Of a stretch of 64,000 nucleotides of DNA, positions 21,901 through 28,392 are shown piece after piece (the first letter of the stretch is position 1; each line of letters begins with the position of its first letter). The notes beneath the pieces are model-generated. The model was not told where the DNA came from and ran no database searches. It saw only the letters and a program-made list of their open reading frames with translations. The translations under genes were made by a program, and so were the position numbers. The DNA is from Kiritimatiellia bacterium (GTDB lineage: Bacteria > Verrucomicrobiota > Kiritimatiellia > JAAZAB01). The stretch covers positions 160,001 to 224,000 of the forward strand of contig JAXGPF010000006.1 of assembly GCA_040767085.1 (NCBI GenBank). Reading direction: 5' to 3'.

Positions 21901-22190
21901 TGCTCGGGCTTGGGATGCGTAATTTCAAAGGCGATGTACAGCCAGGTATTGTCATAGGCGGCCCGAACGCGCGCCGCGGCGGCGGCTTCGGATTGACCCC
22001 ACGGGCTGAGCGGCAATTCCGCGGCGTCCGACCAGCACGCATCGGCCAGATCGCCGTCAATCGCTGGCGCCTGGCGGCAAGTCCGCAGCGGGAATTCCGG
22101 CAAAGCCGCCGGATCGGCCGGCCCGGCCGCCAGGCAGACGCCTATCCCCAGCATGCCCATCCAGCCGCTAATATTTTTCAGGTTATGCAT
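18963..22190 (-). CDS. Large secreted CBM9-like + putative glycoside hydrolase + CBM-like protein (paralogue 4 of 4)
   Basis: Signal peptide; motifs DDDVEVFIDP, YMNIDEP, DPYW, NPSFEE, DGLQFETG. Confidence 0.82.
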   Translation of the reverse strand: MHNLKNISGWMGMLGIGVCLAAGPADPAALPEFPLRTCRQAPAIDGDLADACWSDAAELPLSPWGQSEAAAAARVRAAYDNTWLYIAFEITHPKPEHIQPTVFEPDGGVSQDDDVEVFIDPGTAGRMYLQYMLSAANTRAERRVTVTPHGVEREHGWDMPWRSATRRTTRGWNAEMALPLEAVADYGPSSDLRMNFGVTVVDPVIDPYGMRIGANRAYLLWAPVISSFHEPERFGYAREFAPRNIQTPFLPDFRQVTVAGYETAADGTFAYPLRLRLRNHSRQPGAAVLVAAEELLSGKKSEQRFEVRLKGHEQRELDLRVAAADLEERKITVRLEDPATGEVWLSAPVPDTSALVLLTAYADRNYYTAEPEAVIICRAGLPESELSRMTLRARDAQGAELARHPMAGADTHLRIPLAPLALGRHTLAVEACARDGRPVFTCPVEIIKRAPRPGREYKLDRINQVVLRDGRPFVPFGVIAEVSTEEYFKQLSDAGIKTILSWGYVLDRDYPGYPNLITLDRMQAWLEKYDMQWLDCLETHTPAEGSVNRYRLKYLRPDSPPGRFPESYPTYDAAYAKKFQTTRAALEKIRDNPRLIGYMNIDEPPVNAVVEKAAADYYALTQELDGYRPVFFNCGPYDNHCDIIGADPYWIPAGSDPRANSPAAAVHRTYCFYDGTRLRNYVADAARLRRPVWMVPMGEYFSGCHKRAMLPAENFCQTYLLLIHGVKGFFYFVHPFQHPLSLQTMGALSRQMEILGPIAGLADVPQTVKYEPGSMDPANNVMPDVHVALKPNPDGGQVLLAANAKWYPVDVTFGVGTLGPTGMVGRLFAADRYPVQDGAFRDRLEPYGVRAYTLGPPDAVTGGPAAAKIQISVSMTPHPELGQGEEIEHPRTGRIGKRNLVPNPSFEEASLPGWPDYFRVFPSSLYQRAHTPARPFFSRADAAFGLDAAQAWHGKASLRLEASPEPFVSGSRCICYLGPKFDRPTHCAASVYMRAERAGVEAQFIFRGDAGTAAKYFGRETFRLTTDWQRYAESDLVPAGVDPYNWFGLEVKGEGAVWIDGLQFETGLEPGAFEE

Positions 22191-22256
22191 GATTCTTTCC
22201 GTCCAAGCCAGGATATTAATCTTCTCATATTAGACTTGACGATTATTAATGAATAG

Positions 22257-22282
22257 GTAGGGCGGCCAGTCCCTTGGCCGCC
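22257..22282 (+). repeat. GTAG-type REP-like palindrome
   Basis: GTAG-GGCGGCCA-gtccct-TGGCCGCC in an intergenic position. Confidence 0.6.
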
Positions 22283-22450
22283 GCGGTCCGCGCGCCTTGC
22301 GGTGTAAATTTCCAGGCGCGCTGCCAGGCGCCGGCGTTGATCGCAAACCCGGCAGCATCCAGCTTTATTTCATATTTCATTTGCGCTATGCCTTGAACCT
22401 GAAGATTGCGCCGCGCAAGTTTGACGCGCCCATCGCCTGCCGGGGCCATC

Positions 22451-24349
22451 TCACTGCAGACGGAACATCGTCCCCGGGGGAATGTATTCGTAACAGCCCA
22501 TATCCGGCAGACGGGAGAAACGGTCCAGCCGCGGACGACCGTCCAGGTCAAAGCCCTGCGCCATCCAGGATTCATTCGTCCCGGCATTGATGCAGGGCGA
22601 CCCGGCGGCCAGCCGGTAATTGCCGCCGGCAAAATCGGCGAATTCCGGCGGCGCGGCGGTGTTGTGCTGGTTGGCGGTGGACAGATCGCGCGATGTGCAG
22701 CAGTAATGGAACGAATTAGTCGCGGCAGCCTGGTTTAGAGGATACACCCCCACGTCAATTTCAGCCGCGGCGCTGGCGCGGTTGGAATAAATGATGGTAT
22801 TGATGAAATAATTGGTGGAGACCACCCACATGCCGCCGCCGTAACCGGACACCGATTCGTTGTCCGCGAACGTGCAGGACCGGATGCTGCCGTTGCTGAC
22901 GATCATGTTATCCGCAAACAGCCCGCCGCCATGGTTGGAAGCGACATTACCCGCCACCAGGCAGTTGATCAGCGTCCCCCCCTGGGTCAAATGCGCCCCG
23001 CCGCCATAATACCCACTGTTATTGCTGACAATCCGGCTGTGAGTTATCAATCCGCCCTGCGAAGCATAAATCCCCCCGCCAAGGCTGCTGCTGTTGGTGC
23101 TGCCCAGGTTGCCTTCTATGACGCAGTTGGACACCACCCCGCCGCGATACAAGATAATCCCGCCGGCATTCTTGGCCGACTGGTTGTATCGAATCGTGCA
23201 GTTCATGATTTGCGCGTCATCCGGCGCGGCGCCGGATCGGGTAACATACACCCCGCCGCCGCCCTGGTTGCCCAATCCGTCGGAGCGATTGTATTCAATC
23301 GTGCAGCCGTCCACCAGCGCGCCGCCGGTGCCGGCGCCGATGCCGACCCCGCCGCCATCGCGGTTGGTTGACCAGTTATGCGTAATGAGGCAATTGCGGA
23401 CAATCTGGGTCGCATGGCCGCTCAGGTAAATGCCGCCGCCGGTGCCATCGCCGCCGGTGCGGTTGTTGCTGATGACGCAGTCAACCACCAGGGCGCCGGG
23501 CGAGCCGGCATCACGCAGATACACGCCGCCGCCGCTGCCCGCGCTTTCAGTCGCGGAGTTAGCCGCGATCGTGCAGCCGGTCACAATTCCATTATAGGTT
23601 ACCGTCATGCCGCCGCCGCTGCCGGCGGAATTATTGCTGATGACGCATCCGCGGACGATCCCGAGCTGGATGAGTATTCCGCCGCCGCCCTGACTGCTGC
23701 GGTTCGCCTTGTTCCCGGCAATCAGACAATCGGCGACAATCCCGCCCACGGTATAACTGCTGTTAGGCCCAGTGCGGATGAAGATACCGCCGCCGCGAGG
23801 ATCGGGATCGTTGGTGGAAATTATATTTTCGATTATGCAACTGTTGTAAACCGCGCCGGTGCCATACATCCAGATGCCTGCGCCGCCCTCGCCGCTTGCA
23901 GTGCCCTCGACGTAATTGGCCTTGATCAGGCAGCCGGTGACCGTGCCGCCCAGCGAGGAAATATAAACGCCGGCGCCGGCGTTGGCAAATCCGTTGGTGA
24001 TCTGCAAGCCGTCCAGCACGGCGTCTTTATGGTTCACCCAAAAACAGCGATAGTCGCCGCCGCCGTCAATGATCGTGTTCGTCTGGCCGGGCGTGTTCAC
24101 CCCGCGCACCGTCACGGCCTTGTCATTGGTGATGGTGGCGGCAATTTTATACAGGCCGTTGGACACCAGCACCAGTTCGACATCGCTTTGCGCCAGCGCA
24201 TTGCTGATCGTGGCCATGGGCGCGGCCCAGTTCGTTCCGCCATTGATATCCGACCCCGCCGGCGGCGGCGCCACATGGTAAGTCGCGGCGGAAAGTCCGC
24301 CGGCGATTGCCAGGCTGCAGCCTGCCAACAACAGTTTCAAGTAACGCAT
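22451..24349 (-). CDS. Secreted parallel beta-helix (GGG-repeat) protein with choice-of-anchor-Q-like C-terminus
   Basis: Signal peptide; many GGG[IV]Y...CxIxxN repeats; YRLxxGSPCINAG...DLDGRPR...DMGCYE. Confidence 0.85.
   Translation of the reverse strand: MRYLKLLLAGCSLAIAGGLSAATYHVAPPPAGSDINGGTNWAAPMATISNALAQSDVELVLVSNGLYKIAATITNDKAVTVRGVNTPGQTNTIIDGGGDYRCFWVNHKDAVLDGLQITNGFANAGAGVYISSLGGTVTGCLIKANYVEGTASGEGGAGIWMYGTGAVYNSCIIENIISTNDPDPRGGGIFIRTGPNSSYTVGGIVADCLIAGNKANRSSQGGGGILIQLGIVRGCVISNNSAGSGGGMTVTYNGIVTGCTIAANSATESAGSGGGVYLRDAGSPGALVVDCVISNNRTGGDGTGGGIYLSGHATQIVRNCLITHNWSTNRDGGGVGIGAGTGGALVDGCTIEYNRSDGLGNQGGGGVYVTRSGAAPDDAQIMNCTIRYNQSAKNAGGIILYRGGVVSNCVIEGNLGSTNSSSLGGGIYASQGGLITHSRIVSNNSGYYGGGAHLTQGGTLINCLVAGNVASNHGGGLFADNMIVSNGSIRSCTFADNESVSGYGGGMWVVSTNYFINTIIYSNRASAAAEIDVGVYPLNQAAATNSFHYCCTSRDLSTANQHNTAAPPEFADFAGGNYRLAAGSPCINAGTNESWMAQGFDLDGRPRLDRFSRLPDMGCYEYIPPGTMFRLQ
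22622..22717. repeat. 96-bp exact repeat (copy 2)
   Basis: Identical to 15797-15892. Confidence 0.92.
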
Positions 24350-24363
24350 TTTGCCCTCCCTTT

Positions 24364-25662
24364 TTAATGTTTGTCCAAAGTCAGCTTGATCAACTTCCAG
24401 TTTTCATCCGCCTGGATGCCTTTGACTGCCGCCGTCCGGCCTTTATGTTCCGCCTTGATGGTGTAAGTAAAAGCCATCTTGTCCGGCGCATCCGAACCCT
24501 TCACGGCGGTCAGGATGTATTCCGTGAGCAACAGGGTGTTGTCTTCGCCCCGCCCCGGGGTCCGGCCCTGCGCATTGGTTTTGAAAACCCGGCTTTGGAT
24601 CAGATCGCAGCCTTCCTGTTCCGCCCGGAACGAGACCGCCGCGTCCTCCAGCGGGTTGCCGGCGGCATCGGCGACTTCCACCACCACGTGCCGGCGCACG
24701 GACAATTTCGGGCGATTGGTCTTCCCCTTGGACTCGCGCGTGCCGAACAAGTCGCCCTGGCGCGGCTTGTCCCAGACGCAATCCACCAGGACCAGCCCGT
24801 CATCCGACATGTTCAAGGACCAGTTGCGGTCGTTGTTTTCAAACACGCAATCGGTCAATTCTGCCTTCAGGCTGCCGTAATCCATGACCGCCGTGCCGCA
24901 GTTCCGGAAAACGCACCCCGACGCCTGCTGGGCTCCGTTCAACAAAGGCACGCCCACGCGCTCGAAAAGGGTATTCCGGACAAGGTAGTCCTTGTTGTGG
25001 CCGGCAGTCATGCCGTAAATGAACTTTTTGACATCGGCGATCCGGGCGCCGTCGAAAACCGTGCTGCCATGACACCCCATGAATCCGTTTTTGGCGTCCC
25101 CAATCGGATAATTTGGATCAAGAGCCGAGATTTCGCCGTGATACACATAAACCCCGCCGCCGAATTGATCGGCCTTGATCCAGGGCAGGCGTCCGCAAGT
25201 CAAGGTCCAATGCTCGTTGGACGTGCAGGCAAACTGCAACTTCGCGGATATGTTGGTCGCCCCGGGCAATCCCAGGCGCAGGGCGTTCATGCGTCTCTCC
25301 ACCTGCCAATACAGTCCAGTGTTTTGCGCTTTAACAAAATACGGATGAACATAAACATTGCCGCGCATGATCAAGGTTTCGTTGGGGATGTCCGCGTTGC
25401 CGACTTGCAGCACCGTTTCCGTCCCGTCATTGGCGCCGATGATGATGTCGCAATCAACATGGCAAACGGCGGAAGTTGCGGCATAGCGCACTTTATTCCA
25501 GCCGAACGCGCGGTCGGCCACGGCCAGCTGCCGCAGGGTGCAAGGCCAGGCCGGCGGATAATCCGCAATCCGGATCGCCTGGCGTTCTTCGTCAAAAAGG
25601 ATGCCGGCGGAAACATGGGCGGAAAAAGCCAGGGCGGTTAATAAGGATATGGCGTGGCGCAT
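24364..25662 (-). CDS. Secreted ~430-aa beta-helix-like protein of unknown family (paralogue 3 of 3)
   Basis: Signal peptide; PCTLRQ...GWNKV...GANDGTETVLQVG; CVFENNDRNW. Confidence 0.82.
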   Translation of the reverse strand: MRHAISLLTALAFSAHVSAGILFDEERQAIRIADYPPAWPCTLRQLAVADRAFGWNKVRYAATSAVCHVDCDIIIGANDGTETVLQVGNADIPNETLIMRGNVYVHPYFVKAQNTGLYWQVERRMNALRLGLPGATNISAKLQFACTSNEHWTLTCGRLPWIKADQFGGGVYVYHGEISALDPNYPIGDAKNGFMGCHGSTVFDGARIADVKKFIYGMTAGHNKDYLVRNTLFERVGVPLLNGAQQASGCVFRNCGTAVMDYGSLKAELTDCVFENNDRNWSLNMSDDGLVLVDCVWDKPRQGDLFGTRESKGKTNRPKLSVRRHVVVEVADAAGNPLEDAAVSFRAEQEGCDLIQSRVFKTNAQGRTPGRGEDNTLLLTEYILTAVKGSDAPDKMAFTYTIKAEHKGRTAAVKGIQADENWKLIKLTLDKH

Positions 25663-25681
25663 GGCAAGGGCCCCTTGATGA

Positions 25682-26743
25682 TCAACCGTTGTTTTTTTCC
25701 GAACGCGGAATTTTCACCACCCCCGGCCGGCAGCCAGCGGCCGCGGCAGGATTCATTAACGTTAAAAGTTTCAGCATGCCGGCTTTCCCCAGTTTGAAAT
25801 AATCCGGCTTGGCGATCCGGCGAACCTTGATTGCGGGCGGCAGGCGCTCCATTTCCGGGACATCCTGGCAAAGGAACACGAAGCCGGGGGGCAGGCAGTC
25901 ATGCTCGCGGGCCAGGACCTCCATGGCGGCGCGGCCGAACCCGCCGCCCTGGGAATACACCGCCCGCGGATGCCGCGTCCGCAAGAGGCGCCGCAAAGGC
26001 CGGGCAATGTCATCCGCGGGAATGGTGTATTCCGGCGGACGTTGCAACCCGCGCTGGGCGAATAATCCCTCGAACGCGGCATACACCTGCCGCGCGTCGG
26101 GATGGCTGTCATCGCGCCCCACGAATGCCACGTCCGCGCCGGCCTGCGCGATCAATTCCGCCGCCCCCTTCAGCATGGCGCCCTGATAATCGTCCAGCAC
26201 GACATTTTTCCAGCCGGGCAAGGCCCAGGAATTGACGACCACCAGCCGGTCGCAATGCGCAAAGAAATATTCCGGCATTTCCGGATGCAGCGCCGGCGGA
26301 TGCAGCCAGAGCAGGCCGTCAAATCCCAGCGCTGTCACATCCGCCAGGGTGTCGGCCGGTTGGCGCGCCGTGAAATTTACAAATTGCACCGAGACTTCAT
26401 GCCGCGCCAGCGCCGCAAACACCCCTGCCAGCTCCTGCTGGAAATTGCCGGTGATGTTCACCAGCATGCCGCTGGACAGGATCACGCCCACCTTGGGACA
26501 TGGCGGCGCCGGGTTGTCGGCGGTTTTCCGGGGATTGACAAACGTGCCCATGCCGCGCTTGGGCACGAGATATCCTTCCCGGACCAGGTCTTCCATCGCG
26601 CGGCGGACCGTGCCGCGGGCAACATCGAATTTCCGGCACAACTCGCGCTCGGAAGGCATCTTGACGGCTTGGCCGCCGGCATGCGCCACCTGGTTGACCA
26701 CGAATTGCCGGATCCGCATGTATTCTGGAACGGGAATAGACAT
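25682..26743 (-). CDS. GntR-family HTH + LacI-type effector-binding transcriptional regulator (AraR-like architecture)
   Basis: PSERELCRKFDVARGTVRRAMEDLVREGYL...GMGTFV wHTH motif, followed by a periplasmic-binding-protein-like domain. Start MSIPV at 26743 lies downstream of the predicted promoter. Confidence 0.9.
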   Translation of the reverse strand: MSIPVPEYMRIRQFVVNQVAHAGGQAVKMPSERELCRKFDVARGTVRRAMEDLVREGYLVPKRGMGTFVNPRKTADNPAPPCPKVGVILSSGMLVNITGNFQQELAGVFAALARHEVSVQFVNFTARQPADTLADVTALGFDGLLWLHPPALHPEMPEYFFAHCDRLVVVNSWALPGWKNVVLDDYQGAMLKGAAELIAQAGADVAFVGRDDSHPDARQVYAAFEGLFAQRGLQRPPEYTIPADDIARPLRRLLRTRHPRAVYSQGGGFGRAAMEVLAREHDCLPPGFVFLCQDVPEMERLPPAIKVRRIAKPDYFKLGKAGMLKLLTLMNPAAAAGCRPGVVKIPRSEKNNG

Positions 26744-26815
26744 AACCAGCCAAAAAGGCGCCGGCCGCGGCGATGCAATCTGAGTTACGGCATACCCAGC
26801 ACAAGCTTCTATACC

Positions 26816-26844
26816 ATTGTGACCACTTTTGCGGATCTTGTCAA
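26816..26844 (-). promoter_or_regulatory. Sigma70-like promoter of the regulator/cluster
   Basis: TTGACA-17 bp-CACAAT on the minus strand. Confidence 0.6.
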
Positions 26845-26955
26845 CCAATTTCTGCGCGGCGGCAGCAATTCGGGCGCATCTGTGATTAGGTGCAGGCAAG
26901 CAGACACCGGTAACACGATTGGTTGCTTGCGCACAGTCTTTGGCCGCGCAGCGGC

Positions 26956-27039
26956 TTTGGAGTGCGCAGGGCTCGACTGCGCTTCTGGTAGGCTTGCGTT
27001 TAAAACCGTCAAATCCGGCCTAGCCGGACGCACTCCAAA
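26956..27039. repeat. REP-doublet-like element (GGAG type)
   Basis: TTTGGAGTGCG...CGCACTCCAAA 11-bp inverted ends, each next to its own hairpin (GCGCAG-N7-CTGCGC; TCCGGC-N3-GCCGGA). Confidence 0.65.
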
Positions 27040-27088
27040 AAGGCGGCAAGTCAATTAATCAAAAATGCGCCCCCGTGCATGAAAGACG

Positions 27089-27853
27089 GTTTGGGATTGC
27101 CCCCCGTCCAGGGGATCGTATAATCACTGGCCCAGGTCGGTGGCGGTGACGCCCGTTTGGGATTGCCCCCCGTCCAGGGGATCGTATAATGAAATCGAAT
27201 CCATGGCCGAAACACTCTCTGGTTTGGGATTGCCCCCCGTCCAGGGGATCGTATAATAAAATAATAGTTTACACCATATGCATTTTTGTTTGGGATTGCC
27301 CCCCGTCCAGGGGATCGTATAATACGCGGACCTGTTTCGACTATACCGGCCCCGTTTGGGATTGCCCCCCGTCCAGGGGATCGTATAATGCGGGTGGTTG
27401 CTATGTATTCGACGGGAACGGTTTGGGATTGCCCCCCGTCCAGGGGATCGTATAATGCCGGCGGCGCGGATGTCGGAGAAGTTGTAGTTTGGGATTGCCC
27501 CCCGTCCAGGGGATCGTATAATCGGCGGAGCATTTTCGCGTGCGGGATGCGAGTTTGGGATTGCCCCCCGTCCAGGGGATCGTATAATACAAACGGACGG
27601 CGGAATGCGCGTAGTGCTGTTTGGGATTGCCCCCCGTCCAGGGGATCGTATAATTGCGGCACTGCGCTCGATTGCTGCATGATGGGTTTGGGATTGCCCC
27701 CCGTCCAGGGGATCGTATAATTGGTTCTGGGATGGGACGCGGATGAACCGGGTTTGGGATTGCCCCCCGTCCAGGGGATCGTATAATACGGCCGAGGAAG
27801 TGGCGTCGCGCGAGGCGGTTTGGGATTGCCCCCCGTCCAGGGGATCGTATAAT
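27089..27853 (+). CRISPR. Type II-C CRISPR array, 12 repeats / 11 spacers
   Basis: Repeat GTTTGGGATTGCCCCCCGTCCAGGGGATCGTATAAT (36 bp, all copies identical) starts at 27089, 27155, 27222, 27288, 27354, 27421, 27487, 27553, 27619, 27686, 27752 and 27818. Spacers are 30-31 bp. Orientation inferred from the GTTT 5' end and tracrRNA pairing. Confidence 0.99.
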
Positions 27854-27856
27854 ATG

Positions 27857-27885
27857 TTGACATTTTTGTTTTAATATCATATAAA
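27857..27885 (+). promoter_or_regulatory. tracrRNA promoter in the AT-rich array flank
   Basis: TTGACA (27857-62)-17 bp-TATAAA (27880-85). Confidence 0.8.
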
Positions 27886-27891
27886 TCAAAA

Positions 27892-28038
27892 GCAATGGAT
27901 GAATGTCGCTTTTGGACGGGGGGCATCATCTCAAATAAGCTGACCAACTTGTGGCACTGAGAACTCGTGGCAACACGGGAGCACCCACAGGTTGCAAGGT
28001 TTGGATGCGCTCCGAGCAATCGGAGCGCATCTTTTTTT
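27892..28038 (+). ncRNA. tracrRNA
   Basis: Anti-repeat CTTTTGGACGGGGGGCA-TC-ATCTCAAAT (27909-27936) pairs with repeat positions 1-26 using G-U pairs and a 2-nt bulge. It is followed by a nexus-like AAGC and ends in an intrinsic terminator. The 5' end is estimated from the promoter. Confidence 0.92.
28004..28038 (+). terminator. Rho-independent terminator of the tracrRNA
   Basis: GATGCGCTCCGA-GCAA-TCGGAGCGCATC-T7: a perfect 12-bp stem with a GNRA loop, abutting the convergent cas2 stop. Confidence 0.92.
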
Positions 28039-28387
28039 ACCAGATAAAGACCATTTGTTCCGGCATCTTTTCCGGCATAGCGGTTTTTTTGCAGCGAAAG
28101 ACCATCATTCTTCCCCACTGGGCATCCGAAATGATCAGCGCCCTCACTTCGCCTTCCGGCGGTATGTGTTTTTGCAGTCGGCGCACGGTGGTTTCGACCC
28201 GGTCCGCGCTGCCGCAGGGGCGGGCATAAACGCTGAACTGTAACATTATGTAGCCCTCTTTAATCAGGTCGCGCCGGAAATCGGCCGCCGCTTTTCGCTC
28301 TTGCCGCGTTCCGACGGGCAAATCAAAAAATACAACTGCCCATGCCATGCGATATTTACTACATCTGGTTGGCCGACTCCGTTTCAC
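28037..28387 (-). CDS. cas2: CRISPR-associated endonuclease Cas2
   Basis: YRMAWAVVFFDLPV...FRRDLIKEGYIMLQFSVYAR, the type II Cas2 signature. Confidence 0.97.
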   Translation of the reverse strand: MKRSRPTRCSKYRMAWAVVFFDLPVGTRQERKAAADFRRDLIKEGYIMLQFSVYARPCGSADRVETTVRRLQKHIPPEGEVRALIISDAQWGRMMVFRCKKTAMPEKMPEQMVFIW

Positions 28388-28392
28388 ATTGA

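Noticed and set aside
15715-22717. Diversity-generating retroelement TR/VR pair
   Set aside because: Both copies are inside coding C-termini, mismatches are not adenine-specific, and there is no reverse transcriptase in the window.
430-26783. Long plus-strand ORFs (e.g. 1052-2335, 4128-5717, 19233-20492, 24307-25641)
   Set aside because: Antisense shadows of GC-rich minus-strand genes; no motifs.
27024-27088. Degenerate 13th repeat plus an extra spacer left of the array
   Set aside because: Only the terminal TAAT matches; the rest is unrelated and overlaps the REP-like element.
27051-28118. ORFs of 355, 164, 144 and 88 aa with repeated peptides (YTIPWTGGNPK etc.)
   Set aside because: They are translations of the CRISPR repeats.
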